The position numbers were made by a program, and so were the translations under genes. A stretch of DNA of 64,000 nt. Source: Candidatus Aenigmatarchaeota archaeon (GTDB taxonomy: Archaea > Aenigmatarchaeota > Aenigmatarchaeia > CG10238-14 > SpSt-28). The notes below the pieces were generated by a model, which did no database searches, was not told where the DNA came from, and was given only the letters and a program-made list of their open reading frames with translations. This document shows, piece after piece, positions 46,638-56,725 of the stretch. The first letter of the stretch is position 1. The number at the start of each line of letters is the position of its first letter. The stretch is from positions 644 to 64,643 of the forward strand of contig DAISZX010000001.1 of NCBI GenBank assembly GCA_036824555.1. The letters run 5' to 3'.

Positions 46638-48207
46638 GTTAAAATTATTAGATTTAGAAAAAAAGTTTGTTGAGTTAGAAATGAGCGTTTCTAAAATAAA
46701 TGAGAGCTTGAAAAAACTGGAAGCAAATAAATTAAATGAGATTCTTGAAAGATTTGAAGAAATAGAAGATTTGGTAATGATCGAAAATGCTGCTGTTGTA
46801 GAGCTTAAAGAGTTATTAGAGGCTTCCGCGACCGATGATGTAAAAAAAGAGCTAGAGACAATGAGAAGGGAAATTGAAGAAAAGATAAATAGCCTGAACC
46901 TCGTTGTATCTACTTCCTTGAGTGAAATTAAAGAGAATATGTCTAATCTCAATTTGGATTTCCAGAAATTGAGAGAATTGGAGCAGAGAGTAGAAAAGGT
47001 AGAATCAACAATTTCCAATATTTCCAAAGTTACAGAGGGGATAGGGGCTATAGATAACCTGAGGGAAATTGTTAAAAATCAAGAGGAAGCTTTAGATGTT
47101 CTTAAGAGAGATTTTGAGGAGATTAAAAGTTTGAGAGGTAAAATAGAGGAAGAGTTGAATAAGAGAATTCCCTCTTCATTGCTCGAGGAATTTGTTAAGC
47201 TTGGGAATGAATTATCCTTATTAAAGGTTAATGTTTCTTCTCTTTCAAAGCAATTGGATGAGGTATATAGAGATGTTAAATTGCTTAATCCAGAAATGAT
47301 TAGAAGCGCGATAGCAAAAATCACTGAGTTAAAGGTGGATATTGAGGAAAGAGTGAGGAACATAAACGAATTAATTGCATCTATTTCTTCACAAAGGGAG
47401 GAAATAAAGAAGATTTCTTTAATAGAAGCTGGGTTGGGTGAGATTTCAAAGCGATTGAATAGCCTGACTGCCGAGACTGAAATATTAAGAGATTCGCTGA
47501 CGAACTTTTCTACTAAGAAAGATTTGGATAAAATCAAGGAAGAACTTTCTAGTGTTTCATCAGCTATAGATGCTATAAAAGAAATGATGGTTAAAGCGGA
47601 GGATTTTGAAGCTTTAGAAAGAGAGTTCTCCTCTATGAGAGATGATTTCGCTTCTCTTAAGTTATTTAGAGATAAAATCGCATTAGAAACTGACGTTATT
47701 AAAAGCTCCATTCAAGCGCTTACATCTAGAGTAGAAAAGATAGAAGAGTTAAAGAATACTATTCAACTCTTCTCTACTAAGGAAGAAGTAGAGGCTTTGA
47801 AGAGAGAGTACGCTATACTAAAATCTGAAATTTCAAACATATCTAGATCTTTAAAGCTTTTATTGGAGGATAGAAGAGATTTTGTTAATAGATCTGATTT
47901 AGAAAATATGTTAAGTAGATTTGTGAATATAGAAGACTTTTCTTCCCTTGTATTAGACTTCAAAAAGTTACAACAAGAATTTGATAACTCAAAGCATAAT
48001 TTGCTAGAGGCAGCTAGTAGGAGTGAGATTCAATTTATAGTAAAGGAGATAGAGAGTTTAAAGGATGAGATAAGCAGGGTAAGAAAGGAATTAATTAACC
48101 CAAGCATAATACAACAGGTAGTGAATAAATTGAGTCTGTTGGAAACAAGGATTGCTGAGATTGAGAAGAGAATAGAGACCAAAGTCAAGCCGATAATCTT
48201 AGAGTAG
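46612..48207 (+). CDS. long coiled-coil protein (531 aa)
   Basis: almost entirely heptad-like K/E/L-rich sequence, no globular motif; overlaps upstream membrane ORF by 26 nt. Confidence 0.5.
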   Translation: MSMEEENLKLKLLDLEKKFVELEMSVSKINESLKKLEANKLNEILERFEEIEDLVMIENAAVVELKELLEASATDDVKKELETMRREIEEKINSLNLVVSTSLSEIKENMSNLNLDFQKLRELEQRVEKVESTISNISKVTEGIGAIDNLREIVKNQEEALDVLKRDFEEIKSLRGKIEEELNKRIPSSLLEEFVKLGNELSLLKVNVSSLSKQLDEVYRDVKLLNPEMIRSAIAKITELKVDIEERVRNINELIASISSQREEIKKISLIEAGLGEISKRLNSLTAETEILRDSLTNFSTKKDLDKIKEELSSVSSAIDAIKEMMVKAEDFEALEREFSSMRDDFASLKLFRDKIALETDVIKSSIQALTSRVEKIEELKNTIQLFSTKEEVEALKREYAILKSEISNISRSLKLLLEDRRDFVNRSDLENMLSRFVNIEDFSSLVLDFKKLQQEFDNSKHNLLEAASRSEIQFIVKEIESLKDEISRVRKELINPSIIQQVVNKLSLLETRIAEIEKRIETKVKPIILE

Positions 48208-48574
48208 CTATTTTGCAGTAAACTTATTTATATCTTAACTCATCTAAAAGTTTGGTTAAAAAAGTGTATGCGGTAAAAAATAAAAATTTTAGTAAAAAAT
48301 AGCGGAAGTATTATTGTTCCTTGGGAGTTTCTATTTGTTGCTCTCATTTAAAAAAAGTCGCAATTTAATACTTGAGTGCAAGTTGAGTTATCTTATTTGG
48401 TGGATAGAATTTTTGCATACATGAAGTAGATGGGCTGCCAACAAGTTTTATATTCGAAAGCCATTGGATAGTTATAAGATTGAATTAGTTTATTTTTTAA
48501 AAAATGAAACGCTTTTCTCAACTCTAAGCAAGATGGATAGTGTAGTATGTGTGATATCTCATTAATAATTTTTA

Positions 48575-49210
48575 TTGTTGTGGAGAGAATTTTTTATGAA
48601 TCTAAACACAAAATTTTCAGCCAGAGCAAGTAGGGAGAAAACGACTGTATTAAAAAATGATTTTTTTAAAAGAAGCCCGAAAGTAGTTGCTATTGAGTTG
48701 CTAGGGAAAATACTCGTTAGGAAGATTAATGATAAAATTTTGGAAGGGATGATTGTGGAAACAGAAGCTTATTTTGGTGAAGAAGATCCGGCCTCTAGAG
48801 CTTATCATGGAAAGAAAAACTATAATAAAGAAATGTGGGAGGAACCCGGGAAAATTTTCGTATACAACGTTCATAATAATTGGATGTTTAACATCGTTGC
48901 TCACGAAGAAAACAAGGTTGGAGCAGTTTTGATAAGGGCTTTACATCCTTTAAGGGGTATTGAAGAGATGATGAAGCATAGAGGGATTAGAGATATAAGA
49001 GAGTTGACAAATGGACCAGGGAAACTATCTAAAGCTTTTAGGATTGATAAATCTATGAATGGAAAATTTCTTTCTCCTGAGAATTTTGTGTATATAGAAG
49101 ATAGAGGCATTGAAATAGAGTTTGATTCTTCGCACAGAATTGGGGTAAGGAGAGATTTAAAAGAAAAGCTTAGGTTCTTCGTTATTAATGATGAGTTTGT
49201 TTCTAGATGA
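48575..49210 (+). CDS. DNA-3-methyladenine glycosylase (AAG/Mpg family)
   Basis: IVETEAYFGEEDPASRAYHGKKN...GKIFVYNVHNNWMFNIV...GAVLIRALHPLRGIE family blocks; the true start is probably MNLNTKF at about 48596. Confidence 0.8.
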   Translation: MLWREFFMNLNTKFSARASREKTTVLKNDFFKRSPKVVAIELLGKILVRKINDKILEGMIVETEAYFGEEDPASRAYHGKKNYNKEMWEEPGKIFVYNVHNNWMFNIVAHEENKVGAVLIRALHPLRGIEEMMKHRGIRDIRELTNGPGKLSKAFRIDKSMNGKFLSPENFVYIEDRGIEIEFDSSHRIGVRRDLKEKLRFFVINDEFVSR

Positions 49211-50072
49211 TTTTAAACTTCCCTCTAAATAGCTCCAATATTCCCCTTTTCATCCCATCAAAAAATCCTATTTTTTCCTTTATTTCTACTCCAAACAGTT
49301 TATTAGCTAGCCTTTTTATTGCAATGCTTGCCTTTGTGTTTGGAAATATTTCTATAAATGGTTTTCCAAGAGACAGCGCATATTCAACATTTTCATCATA
49401 TGGAACTACCTCAACTACTTTCAATCCAGTTATCGCCTCAACATCCTTTTTACTTAATTCATAGCTCCTTCCTTTAACCATATTTAGCACAATTCCTAAA
49501 GGATAAACATTCAACTCTTCCAAAATCTTCTTCATCCTAAGAACGTCAGCTATCGATGCCATAAATGGAGTGCTAACGATTAAAACGCTATCCACAGAAT
49601 TTAAAACGCTTATTGCTTCTCTTCCAAATCCCGGAGCAGAATCCAAGAAAACTAACTCAGAATTTATGCTTCTAATTGTTCTATTCAAACTCATAAGATC
49701 TATATAACTCAAGTCTTCAAGCCTTAATGAAGCAGGCACTATGTTCAGAGTTTTATATTTGTAGGTTGCTTCCCAAATTTCTGCTTCCCCTCTTAAGACG
49801 TTATTCAAAGTTTTGCTGAAGCTAAAAAAGCCAAAATTAAAGTTTAAATGAGATGTTGTAACATTACAATCGATGAGTGTTACGTTCTTTCCAACTTGAG
49901 AAAGATAGTAGCTCAAGTTAGATGCAATAGTTGTCTTTCCAACCCCTCCCTTTCCAGAAACAACGCCAACTATCATATTCAAATTAAACTTTCGTATATT
50001 TTTAACGTTTCTCTTGCCGTTTTTTCGATAGTAAAGTTTTCTACAACCCTCTTTCTTCCATTTTTTCCCCAT
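49203..50072 (-). CDS. minD: MinD/ParA-family P-loop ATPase
   Basis: deviant Walker A VSGKGGVGKTT; the true start is probably MIVGVV at about 49976 (the track start gives a basic N-extension overlapping the upstream gene). Confidence 0.8.
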   Translation of the reverse strand: MGKKWKKEGCRKLYYRKNGKRNVKNIRKFNLNMIVGVVSGKGGVGKTTIASNLSYYLSQVGKNVTLIDCNVTTSHLNFNFGFFSFSKTLNNVLRGEAEIWEATYKYKTLNIVPASLRLEDLSYIDLMSLNRTIRSINSELVFLDSAPGFGREAISVLNSVDSVLIVSTPFMASIADVLRMKKILEELNVYPLGIVLNMVKGRSYELSKKDVEAITGLKVVEVVPYDENVEYALSLGKPFIEIFPNTKASIAIKRLANKLFGVEIKEKIGFFDGMKRGILELFRGKFKII

Positions 50073-51214
50073 TCTTTTGCTTCCTCAAAATTTTCCAATA
50101 CAACCTTTATGCCCCAAGCTATATCTTTAGGATCTTCTCCATTTATATGAACTCCGCATCTGTTCTCTCCATTTGGTATTACTTGTTCCCTTAATCCGCT
50201 AACTCCTCTAGCACCAACAACCACAGGTCTTTCCATACTCATCGCTTCTAAACTAACAATCCCAAATGGTTCGCTTATACTGGGGAAAACGCATAGATCT
50301 GCCAATGCATAATGAGCTATCCTTTCCTCTTCGCTAACCCACTCACTTCTTATTTCAACCCTCTCACCAACTCCAAGAGATTGTTTAAGTTGTATCAAGT
50401 CAGTGTAATTTTCTCCCTTGCCAAGAATAACGAGCTTTACGTTTGGAAAGCTTTTCAAAACTTCTGGCATTGCCTTTATCAAATTAGCAACCCCCTTAAC
50501 CCAGGTCAACCTTCCTATGAAGAGAATAACCTTCTCGTCTTTTATCTTATACCTTTCTCTCAACTTTTCTACTAAATTCCAGTTTACATTCCTTAAAGAA
50601 TACTTTTCTACGTCAATCCCATTATACACAACGTTAATTTTCTCTTTAGGATATCCTAGCAATTCAAGGAAATCTTTCATAGAATAAGAAACCGTTATTA
50701 TTCTATCAGCTACTTTAGCGCAAGCCCTTTCTATCTCTTTAACAACCTCAGAGCCACCACCTAAAGATCTTTGTTCCTCAATCGAGTGTACGTGAAAAAT
50801 TGAAGGCAGGTTGATGTTGTTTTTGATCATTATTCCTGCAAATCCGGAGAGCCAGTCATGAAAAGAAATTATGTCGAATTTCCTTTGCTCCTTTTTAATT
50901 AACTGATTGATAAGCTTTGATGCAGATAGATAGTTATATGCAAATATGTCTGAAAAAAATTTTATGTGATGCCCCCATCTTTTTAGATCTTCTCTAACAA
51001 ATATTGGAAATATTTCGCTACTATCCAAAATTAATGGCCTATGAATCTCTATGCCATTCCAGAAGTCTTTCGTAGAGAGAGAACCGTCATTCAGCGTAAA
51101 TACGGTAACTTCATGCCCCAATTCAACGAACTTCTTTGTTATTTCTATGGCATAGGTTCCTAGTCCTCCAACTAGTCTCGGCCAAAATTCCCAGCAAAGA
51201 AAAGCAATTCTCAT
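49979..51214 (-). CDS. GT4-family GT-B glycosyltransferase (glycogen synthase-like)
   Basis: MRIAFLCWEFWPRLVGGLGTY...GHEVTVFT N-terminus; EPFGIVSLEAMSMERPVVV E-x7-E motif. Confidence 0.75.
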   Translation of the reverse strand: MRIAFLCWEFWPRLVGGLGTYAIEITKKFVELGHEVTVFTLNDGSLSTKDFWNGIEIHRPLILDSSEIFPIFVREDLKRWGHHIKFFSDIFAYNYLSASKLINQLIKKEQRKFDIISFHDWLSGFAGIMIKNNINLPSIFHVHSIEEQRSLGGGSEVVKEIERACAKVADRIITVSYSMKDFLELLGYPKEKINVVYNGIDVEKYSLRNVNWNLVEKLRERYKIKDEKVILFIGRLTWVKGVANLIKAMPEVLKSFPNVKLVILGKGENYTDLIQLKQSLGVGERVEIRSEWVSEEERIAHYALADLCVFPSISEPFGIVSLEAMSMERPVVVGARGVSGLREQVIPNGENRCGVHINGEDPKDIAWGIKVVLENFEEAKEWGKNGRKRVVENFTIEKTARETLKIYESLI

Positions 51215-52699
51215 CTAAATTTTTAGCGCCTGTAAATAAACTTTTGAAACATATTCCTTTGCTACATTCTTCATGTCGACTTCAGTATTAAAAGCATTCC
51301 ACATCAATTTTCTCCACTTTTCTCTATTATTAAAAATTCTTAATGCCTTTTCCATTTTCTTTCTAAAAGCATCGGTCGAGTATTCTTCCTTCCAGACTAG
51401 AAAGCCGTTTCCTGTTTCTAGAATTTCGTCAAACTCCTTTATAACTTCTGCTAAGCCACCAGTTTTTGTTCCTAGGCATGGGGTAGCGTTGACCATTGAC
51501 ATCATATAGCCAGTTCCACATGGCTCTTTATTCGGTAAAGAAGGATACAATAAAAGATCCGCACCACTATACATCAATTTTGCGAGATCTTCGTCAAAGG
51601 AATAAACAAACGCAAACCCATTCAATCTCTTATGTAACTCGAAAAATCTTCTCGCCCACTCTTGACCGACATTATCGTTTGGATGCGCAACCCCTAGAAC
51701 AATGAATTGAACACCATAATTATTATGAAATTCTTCAATTAGAGGCATTATCGTATCGAATCCTTTTTGACTACTCAATCTTCTTGGCATTATTACTATC
51801 ATTCCATCTTCTTTCAACCTCTTTCCAGTTCTTGCCTTTATTTCTTTAATTAGCTTTTCCTTTTCTACTAGCTTTAACTCAAGTATATTATCAAAAGTAG
51901 CATTTTTATAAGTCTTCGACCTCCAATACTCAACATCAATTCCGTTTAAAATTCCAAACACATTTTTTCTTACAAACACATCTCTCATTCCTTCTCCCTC
52001 AACCTTTAGGTTAACTGCATAATCTTCGCTTACCGTATTTACGACCTCGCTATTTTCTATGCCTGCGTAGAGCAAGTTAATATTTCCATTCCAAATTAGC
52101 TTCTCTAAAGAAAAAGAATGAAGATTTAGAAGATGCTTTTTATCTACTGGATGAATTTGCTGATAAGCAAAGCCAGCGTTGTGTATTGTAAAAACAAATT
52201 TTGATTTTGAAAACTCTATATAAGACGGATCATCTTTCACATATATTGGGATTAGGCTTGTTAGAGCATCGTTTAAATGTATTATATCTGGTTTAATATT
52301 CAGTATTTTTAATGCCTCAAGGATACCTTTAGCAAAAAATATTGAGAACTTTAGTAAATCTCCAATGTAAAGAGATTCGGTCAACTCTTCATTAAAAAGG
52401 AATACAAATTTTGCTCCATATTTTTCTGTTGTATAAACTTTAGTTCTATATTTCTTATCTATCACAACATCAAATTCACCAACTTCTTTTAGATTTAGGT
52501 CCGAAAAATCGATCTCCTTTTTATAAGAATCTATAACTAGATACTTGTAGAGACAGGAGCCGACAACAACTTTTAATCCCAATTCACTTAAAGATTTCGC
52601 CAATTCCTCAGCCACTTGGCCTAAGCCACCAGCTCTAGATTTAAAGGTTTTTAACTCTGGAGAAACAAAGAGTATTATCTTATCCTTCAACTCGTTCAT
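51215..52699 (-). CDS. glgA: glycogen/starch synthase (GT5, GlgA-like)
   Basis: RAGGLGQVAEEL N-terminal and NEPCGTGYMMSMVNATPCLGTKTGGLAEVI C-terminal GlgA blocks; 494 aa. Confidence 0.65.
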   Translation of the reverse strand: MNELKDKIILFVSPELKTFKSRAGGLGQVAEELAKSLSELGLKVVVGSCLYKYLVIDSYKKEIDFSDLNLKEVGEFDVVIDKKYRTKVYTTEKYGAKFVFLFNEELTESLYIGDLLKFSIFFAKGILEALKILNIKPDIIHLNDALTSLIPIYVKDDPSYIEFSKSKFVFTIHNAGFAYQQIHPVDKKHLLNLHSFSLEKLIWNGNINLLYAGIENSEVVNTVSEDYAVNLKVEGEGMRDVFVRKNVFGILNGIDVEYWRSKTYKNATFDNILELKLVEKEKLIKEIKARTGKRLKEDGMIVIMPRRLSSQKGFDTIMPLIEEFHNNYGVQFIVLGVAHPNDNVGQEWARRFFELHKRLNGFAFVYSFDEDLAKLMYSGADLLLYPSLPNKEPCGTGYMMSMVNATPCLGTKTGGLAEVIKEFDEILETGNGFLVWKEEYSTDAFRKKMEKALRIFNNREKWRKLMWNAFNTEVDMKNVAKEYVSKVYLQALKI

Positions 52700-52717
52700 A
52701 AATGGAAGTTAATTATT

Positions 52718-54040
52718 CTAAATAAATTTGTTAATAAGGCCTCTAACTAATTCTTCATTCTTCCTCAACTTTTCCTCATTCTCACCTTCAATATACACCC
52801 TAATAATCGGCTCTGTATTTGAGGCTCTTATTAAAAACCAGTTCTTATCATCAATAATAACCTTAACTCCATCTATCGTAATAGTCTCAAATTCCTTTGA
52901 TATTTCTTCCCTAAGACTTTCAATTATTTGGAATTTTCTCTCTTCAGCAACACCTACTTTTATTACCTTATAAGGAAATTCTGGATACTCTTTTAAAAGT
53001 TGCGAAAGGCTGCATCCCTCTTTCTTTAAAATGCTAACCATAACAAGGAAAGTATAAAAGGCATCCTCCATAAATCTCGTTGATTTAAAGTAAAAATGAG
53101 AAGAGATTTCCCCGCCAATGTCTGCATCATTCCTTCTCATCTCAGCTATTATAAAGCTCCTACCCACTCTACTTTCAATTCCCTCTATTTTCAGCTTTTT
53201 CAGTAGAATTTTGAAAATTGGGGGAAAGGAAACCTCATAAACAACCTTTTTCGGAGATAAAATTTTGGAAAATATGTAAAGAATCTTATCGCCCCTGACA
53301 ACTCTTCCATTTTCATCCAAAAATACAATTCTGTCAGCATCTCCATCAAAAGCAACGCCAAATAAGCAATTCTTTCCCTTGATAATTTTTTTTAGTTGCT
53401 CTAAATTTTCCTCAATTGGCTCAGGTGGGTGGGATGGGAAGTTCCCATCAATCTCTTTATTTATTTCGATCGCTGGTATTCTATCTTTAATCACATCGGA
53501 GAACACTATACTTCCACAGCCGTTTGAATAGTCAATACAAACTCTACTATCAAAATTTTCTACGTACTTTTCGAGAAACTCTTTGTGGTCTTGTTTCAAA
53601 TAGGAAGCATCGATATATCTTCCTTTACCGCTTCCTTTATCATCTATTTTAATTGTGTTGAAAATTTCTCTTATCTTTTCTAATCCAAAACCCAAGCCTA
53701 TGATGTTTCCGTACCTATCATAGATCTTAACTCCATTAAATTCCTTGGGATTATGGGATGCTGTTATTTGAAGTCCAAAGTCGAATTTGTTTTTGGCAAT
53801 AATGAAATTAAATGTAGAAGTCGAAACAATGCCCAAATCATATACTTCTATACCTTCATCTAACAAACCATCTATAACTGCTTTTTTAAGGGTTGGTGTA
53901 GACAGTCTTCCATCCCCACCGATCAACGCGTTCTTTCCATCGAAATATTTTGCGCAGGCTCTACCTATTTTATAGAAAATTTCCTCGTTAATTTCGGTCG
54001 GGTAAATGCCTCTAATATCATAAGCTCTGAATATGCTCAT
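52718..54040 (-). CDS. phosphoglucomutase/phosphomannomutase
   Basis: TASHNPKEFNGVK active-site serine loop; AFDGDADR metal loop; 440 aa. Confidence 0.85.
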   Translation of the reverse strand: MSIFRAYDIRGIYPTEINEEIFYKIGRACAKYFDGKNALIGGDGRLSTPTLKKAVIDGLLDEGIEVYDLGIVSTSTFNFIIAKNKFDFGLQITASHNPKEFNGVKIYDRYGNIIGLGFGLEKIREIFNTIKIDDKGSGKGRYIDASYLKQDHKEFLEKYVENFDSRVCIDYSNGCGSIVFSDVIKDRIPAIEINKEIDGNFPSHPPEPIEENLEQLKKIIKGKNCLFGVAFDGDADRIVFLDENGRVVRGDKILYIFSKILSPKKVVYEVSFPPIFKILLKKLKIEGIESRVGRSFIIAEMRRNDADIGGEISSHFYFKSTRFMEDAFYTFLVMVSILKKEGCSLSQLLKEYPEFPYKVIKVGVAEERKFQIIESLREEISKEFETITIDGVKVIIDDKNWFLIRASNTEPIIRVYIEGENEEKLRKNEELVRGLINKFI

Positions 54041-54075
54041 TAATAGAATTAAAATCCTCGATTAAAAAGAAGTTT

Positions 54076-54906
54076 ATGGTGGATGTAACATCAATAGGAG
54101 ATGTTAATATTGATATTCTTACAGAGGCTGTAGAAAAATTTGAGGATGAGCAAAAAATCGTTGAAGACATTAAATTAAAAATTGGAGGAGGTGCAGCGAA
54201 TTTTGCTTTCTGGTTGGCTAAGCTTGGAATGAAGGTTAGGCTAATTGGCTTGATCGGAAATGATATGTTTGGTAGTTTTATAAAAGAGGAATTGAAAAAA
54301 GTTGGTGTGGATTTAAAATTGAAAACAGCCAACGAAAGAACTGGAATAACTGTAGGACTTCAATTTAAGGACGGAAGTAAGAAGTTGATTAGTTTTAGAG
54401 GAACTAACAAACTTTTTTCGCTCGAACACATAAAGCTTTCAGAAGTGGAAGGAGAAATTGTTTACTTTTCTGGATATAATCTACTAGAAAGTTTAAGAAA
54501 GGACCTCTCAAAGCTTTTTGAGGAAATAAAAGGAAGGAATAAGATTATATCCTTCGACCCAGATTTAAAGGCAGGAATTTTACTTGAAAAGGAAAAATTT
54601 TTTGAAGCAGTAAAGTTTGTTGATGTAATTTTCCTAAATGAAAGAGAGGCTTCTTTAATTTCAAAAAGTTTTGATTGGTTCAAAGGTAGGACTATTGTAG
54701 TTAAGAGAGGTAGAAATGGAGCGTTTGCTATAGAAAATGGAGAAAAGGTTGAGGTTGAGGGAAAAGAGGTGGAAGTTAAAAATCCAACGGGGGCCGGGGA
54801 TGTCTTCAACGCAGCTTTTATTCATCATTATTATTATGGATATGATTTAAGGGAATGCTTAGAGTTTGCCAATGAGGAAGCAGTAAAGTACCTACAATCT
54901 TTCTAA
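54076..54906 (+). CDS. PfkB-family sugar kinase
   Basis: NPTGAGDVFNAAF PfkB signature, GG dinucleotide near the N-terminus. Confidence 0.7.
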   Translation: MVDVTSIGDVNIDILTEAVEKFEDEQKIVEDIKLKIGGGAANFAFWLAKLGMKVRLIGLIGNDMFGSFIKEELKKVGVDLKLKTANERTGITVGLQFKDGSKKLISFRGTNKLFSLEHIKLSEVEGEIVYFSGYNLLESLRKDLSKLFEEIKGRNKIISFDPDLKAGILLEKEKFFEAVKFVDVIFLNEREASLISKSFDWFKGRTIVVKRGRNGAFAIENGEKVEVEGKEVEVKNPTGAGDVFNAAFIHHYYYGYDLRECLEFANEEAVKYLQSF

Positions 54907-54926
54907 GTCTAAAGCCAAAATATTAA

Positions 54927-55289
54927 ATGAGGCTAAAGATTCTTTTACCAAGTTTGAGAAAGAAAAAAAGGTATGTTCTATTTAAAGTAATTTCTGAGGA
55001 GCCAATAAACTATGCTCTATTTAGGGAGCTCTTAAACTCTACTTTTCTAAAATTTTACGGAGAGCTAGAGTTTGCCAAATTTGATTTTAAACTTCTGGAT
55101 GAAAGATGGGATGAAAATAAACAAATTGGGATAGCAAAGTGTAATCATAAGTTTGTTCCAAATGTTATATTGGCTTTTGGATTATTGCAGAGAATTGGTG
55201 AAGCCAGAATTAATGTTAAAATCTTAAATGTTTCTGGAACAATCAAGTCTTTGATAAAGAATTTAAGAACGAAAGATAAAAGAAAATAA
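54927..55289 (+). CDS. rnp2: RNase P protein component 2 (Pop5/Rnp2)
   Basis: 120 aa, KKKRYVLFKV start typical of Pop5; conserved position immediately upstream of psmA in the archaeal exosome superoperon. Confidence 0.6.
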   Translation: MRLKILLPSLRKKKRYVLFKVISEEPINYALFRELLNSTFLKFYGELEFAKFDFKLLDERWDENKQIGIAKCNHKFVPNVILAFGLLQRIGEARINVKILNVSGTIKSLIKNLRTKDKRK

Positions 55290-55302
55290 GTCGGGTGATA
55301 AA

Positions 55303-56010
55303 ATGCCAGAAGAGGGATTTCCAGAAGCTATGGGATACGATAGGACCATTGCCATGTTTTCTCCAGACGGAAGATTGTTTCAAGTAGAATATGCTAAAGA
55401 AGCCGTTAAAAGAGGAATAACAGCATTAGGTATAGTTTTTAATAAAGGCGTTGTTTTAGCTACTGCCAAAATTTTAGATGAGTTAATGGCACCCACTTCA
55501 ATCGAAAAAGTTTTTCAGGTAGACGATCATATAGCGGCTGTAGCTTCAGGTTATCTTGCTGATGCGAGAGTTCTAATCGACTTTGCAAGAATAGTAGCTC
55601 AAAGACATCAAATAACGTATGAAGAACCAATAGACGTTTGGACCTTAGCAAAAGAAGTTGGAAATAGAATGCAGCTTTTAACTCAATACGGTGGTTTAAG
55701 ACCATATGGTGTGACTATAATTTTTGGTGGAGAAGATCATACTGGCGTACATTTAATTGAAGCGGATCCATCGGGCATGCTTTTTGAATGGTATGCATAT
55801 GCAATAGGAAGGGGTGCACCAACTGCCATGAAAATATTCAGAGAAGAGTGGAAGCCGAACATAAATAAAAAAGATGCAATAAAGTTGGCCGTAGACATAC
55901 TAGAGAAGACGGAGAAAATAAAGGAAGGAAAAAAGCTAGACTTGGCTGTTATAGAAAACAAGAGATTTGAAATTTTGGACGAAGAAAAAATAAAGAAGAT
56001 TATTAAGTGA
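55303..56010 (+). CDS. psmA: proteasome alpha subunit
   Basis: YDRTIAMFSPDGRLFQVEYAKEAVKRG N-terminal consensus; 235 aa. Confidence 0.95.
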   Translation: MPEEGFPEAMGYDRTIAMFSPDGRLFQVEYAKEAVKRGITALGIVFNKGVVLATAKILDELMAPTSIEKVFQVDDHIAAVASGYLADARVLIDFARIVAQRHQITYEEPIDVWTLAKEVGNRMQLLTQYGGLRPYGVTIIFGGEDHTGVHLIEADPSGMLFEWYAYAIGRGAPTAMKIFREEWKPNINKKDAIKLAVDILEKTEKIKEGKKLDLAVIENKRFEILDEEKIKKIIK

Positions 56011-56017
56011 TATTTTT

Positions 56018-56725
56018 ATGATAAGCATTGATAAAGCTGTGGTTGCAAGACTAAAAGTTAAAGGTATGAACTTTGAGATACTTGTAGATCCTAGAAAAGC
56101 GCTTGAAATTAGGAAAGGTGCAAATTTCAACATTCAAGACGTTCTTGCATATCCAGCCATCTATAAAGATGCAAAAAAAGGTGAGGCAGCAAAGACTGAG
56201 GATTTACAAAAAGCTTTTGGAACAACAGATGTTTACAAAATAGCAGAGGAAATAATTAAGAAGGGAGAGTTCTCATTAACTACAGAACAAAGGAGAGAGT
56301 TGATAGAGGAAAAGAAAAATCAGATAGCCAACATTATTTCTAAGAGAGCAATTAACCCCCAAACTAACACTCCTCACCCACCACAAAGAATTCTTAATGC
56401 CATGGAGCAAGCTGGTGTTAATATCGATCCATTCATAGATGCAGAGGTTCAGGTTGAAAAAGTTCTTAAAGCAATAAAACCAATTTTGCCCATAAAATTC
56501 GAGAAGGTAATTCTACAAATAAAAATTCCAGCTCAATTTATAGGTAAAGCTTACAGTATAGTAACGAAAGCTGGAGAAGTAAAGAGCGAAGAGTATGCTA
56601 GCGACGGTAGCTTACAAATTCAAATCGAAATATTCAGTGGAGTTCAAGATGAGTTCTTTAGGAAACTTGCCGAAGCTACTAAAGGAAGCTACGAGTCTAA
56701 AATTTTGAGGAAGGTTGAGGTATGA
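56018..56725 (+). CDS. sdo1: SBDS/Sdo1 ribosome maturation protein
   Basis: ARLKVKGMNFEILVDPRKALEIRKG FYSH-domain start; conserved position after psmA. Confidence 0.85.
   Translation: MISIDKAVVARLKVKGMNFEILVDPRKALEIRKGANFNIQDVLAYPAIYKDAKKGEAAKTEDLQKAFGTTDVYKIAEEIIKKGEFSLTTEQRRELIEEKKNQIANIISKRAINPQTNTPHPPQRILNAMEQAGVNIDPFIDAEVQVEKVLKAIKPILPIKFEKVILQIKIPAQFIGKAYSIVTKAGEVKSEEYASDGSLQIQIEIFSGVQDEFFRKLAEATKGSYESKILRKVEV

Noticed and set aside
47079-47711. 210-aa minus-strand ORF
   Set aside because: Antisense to the coiled-coil gene; Ser/Leu-rich low-complexity translation of the K/E-rich sense strand.
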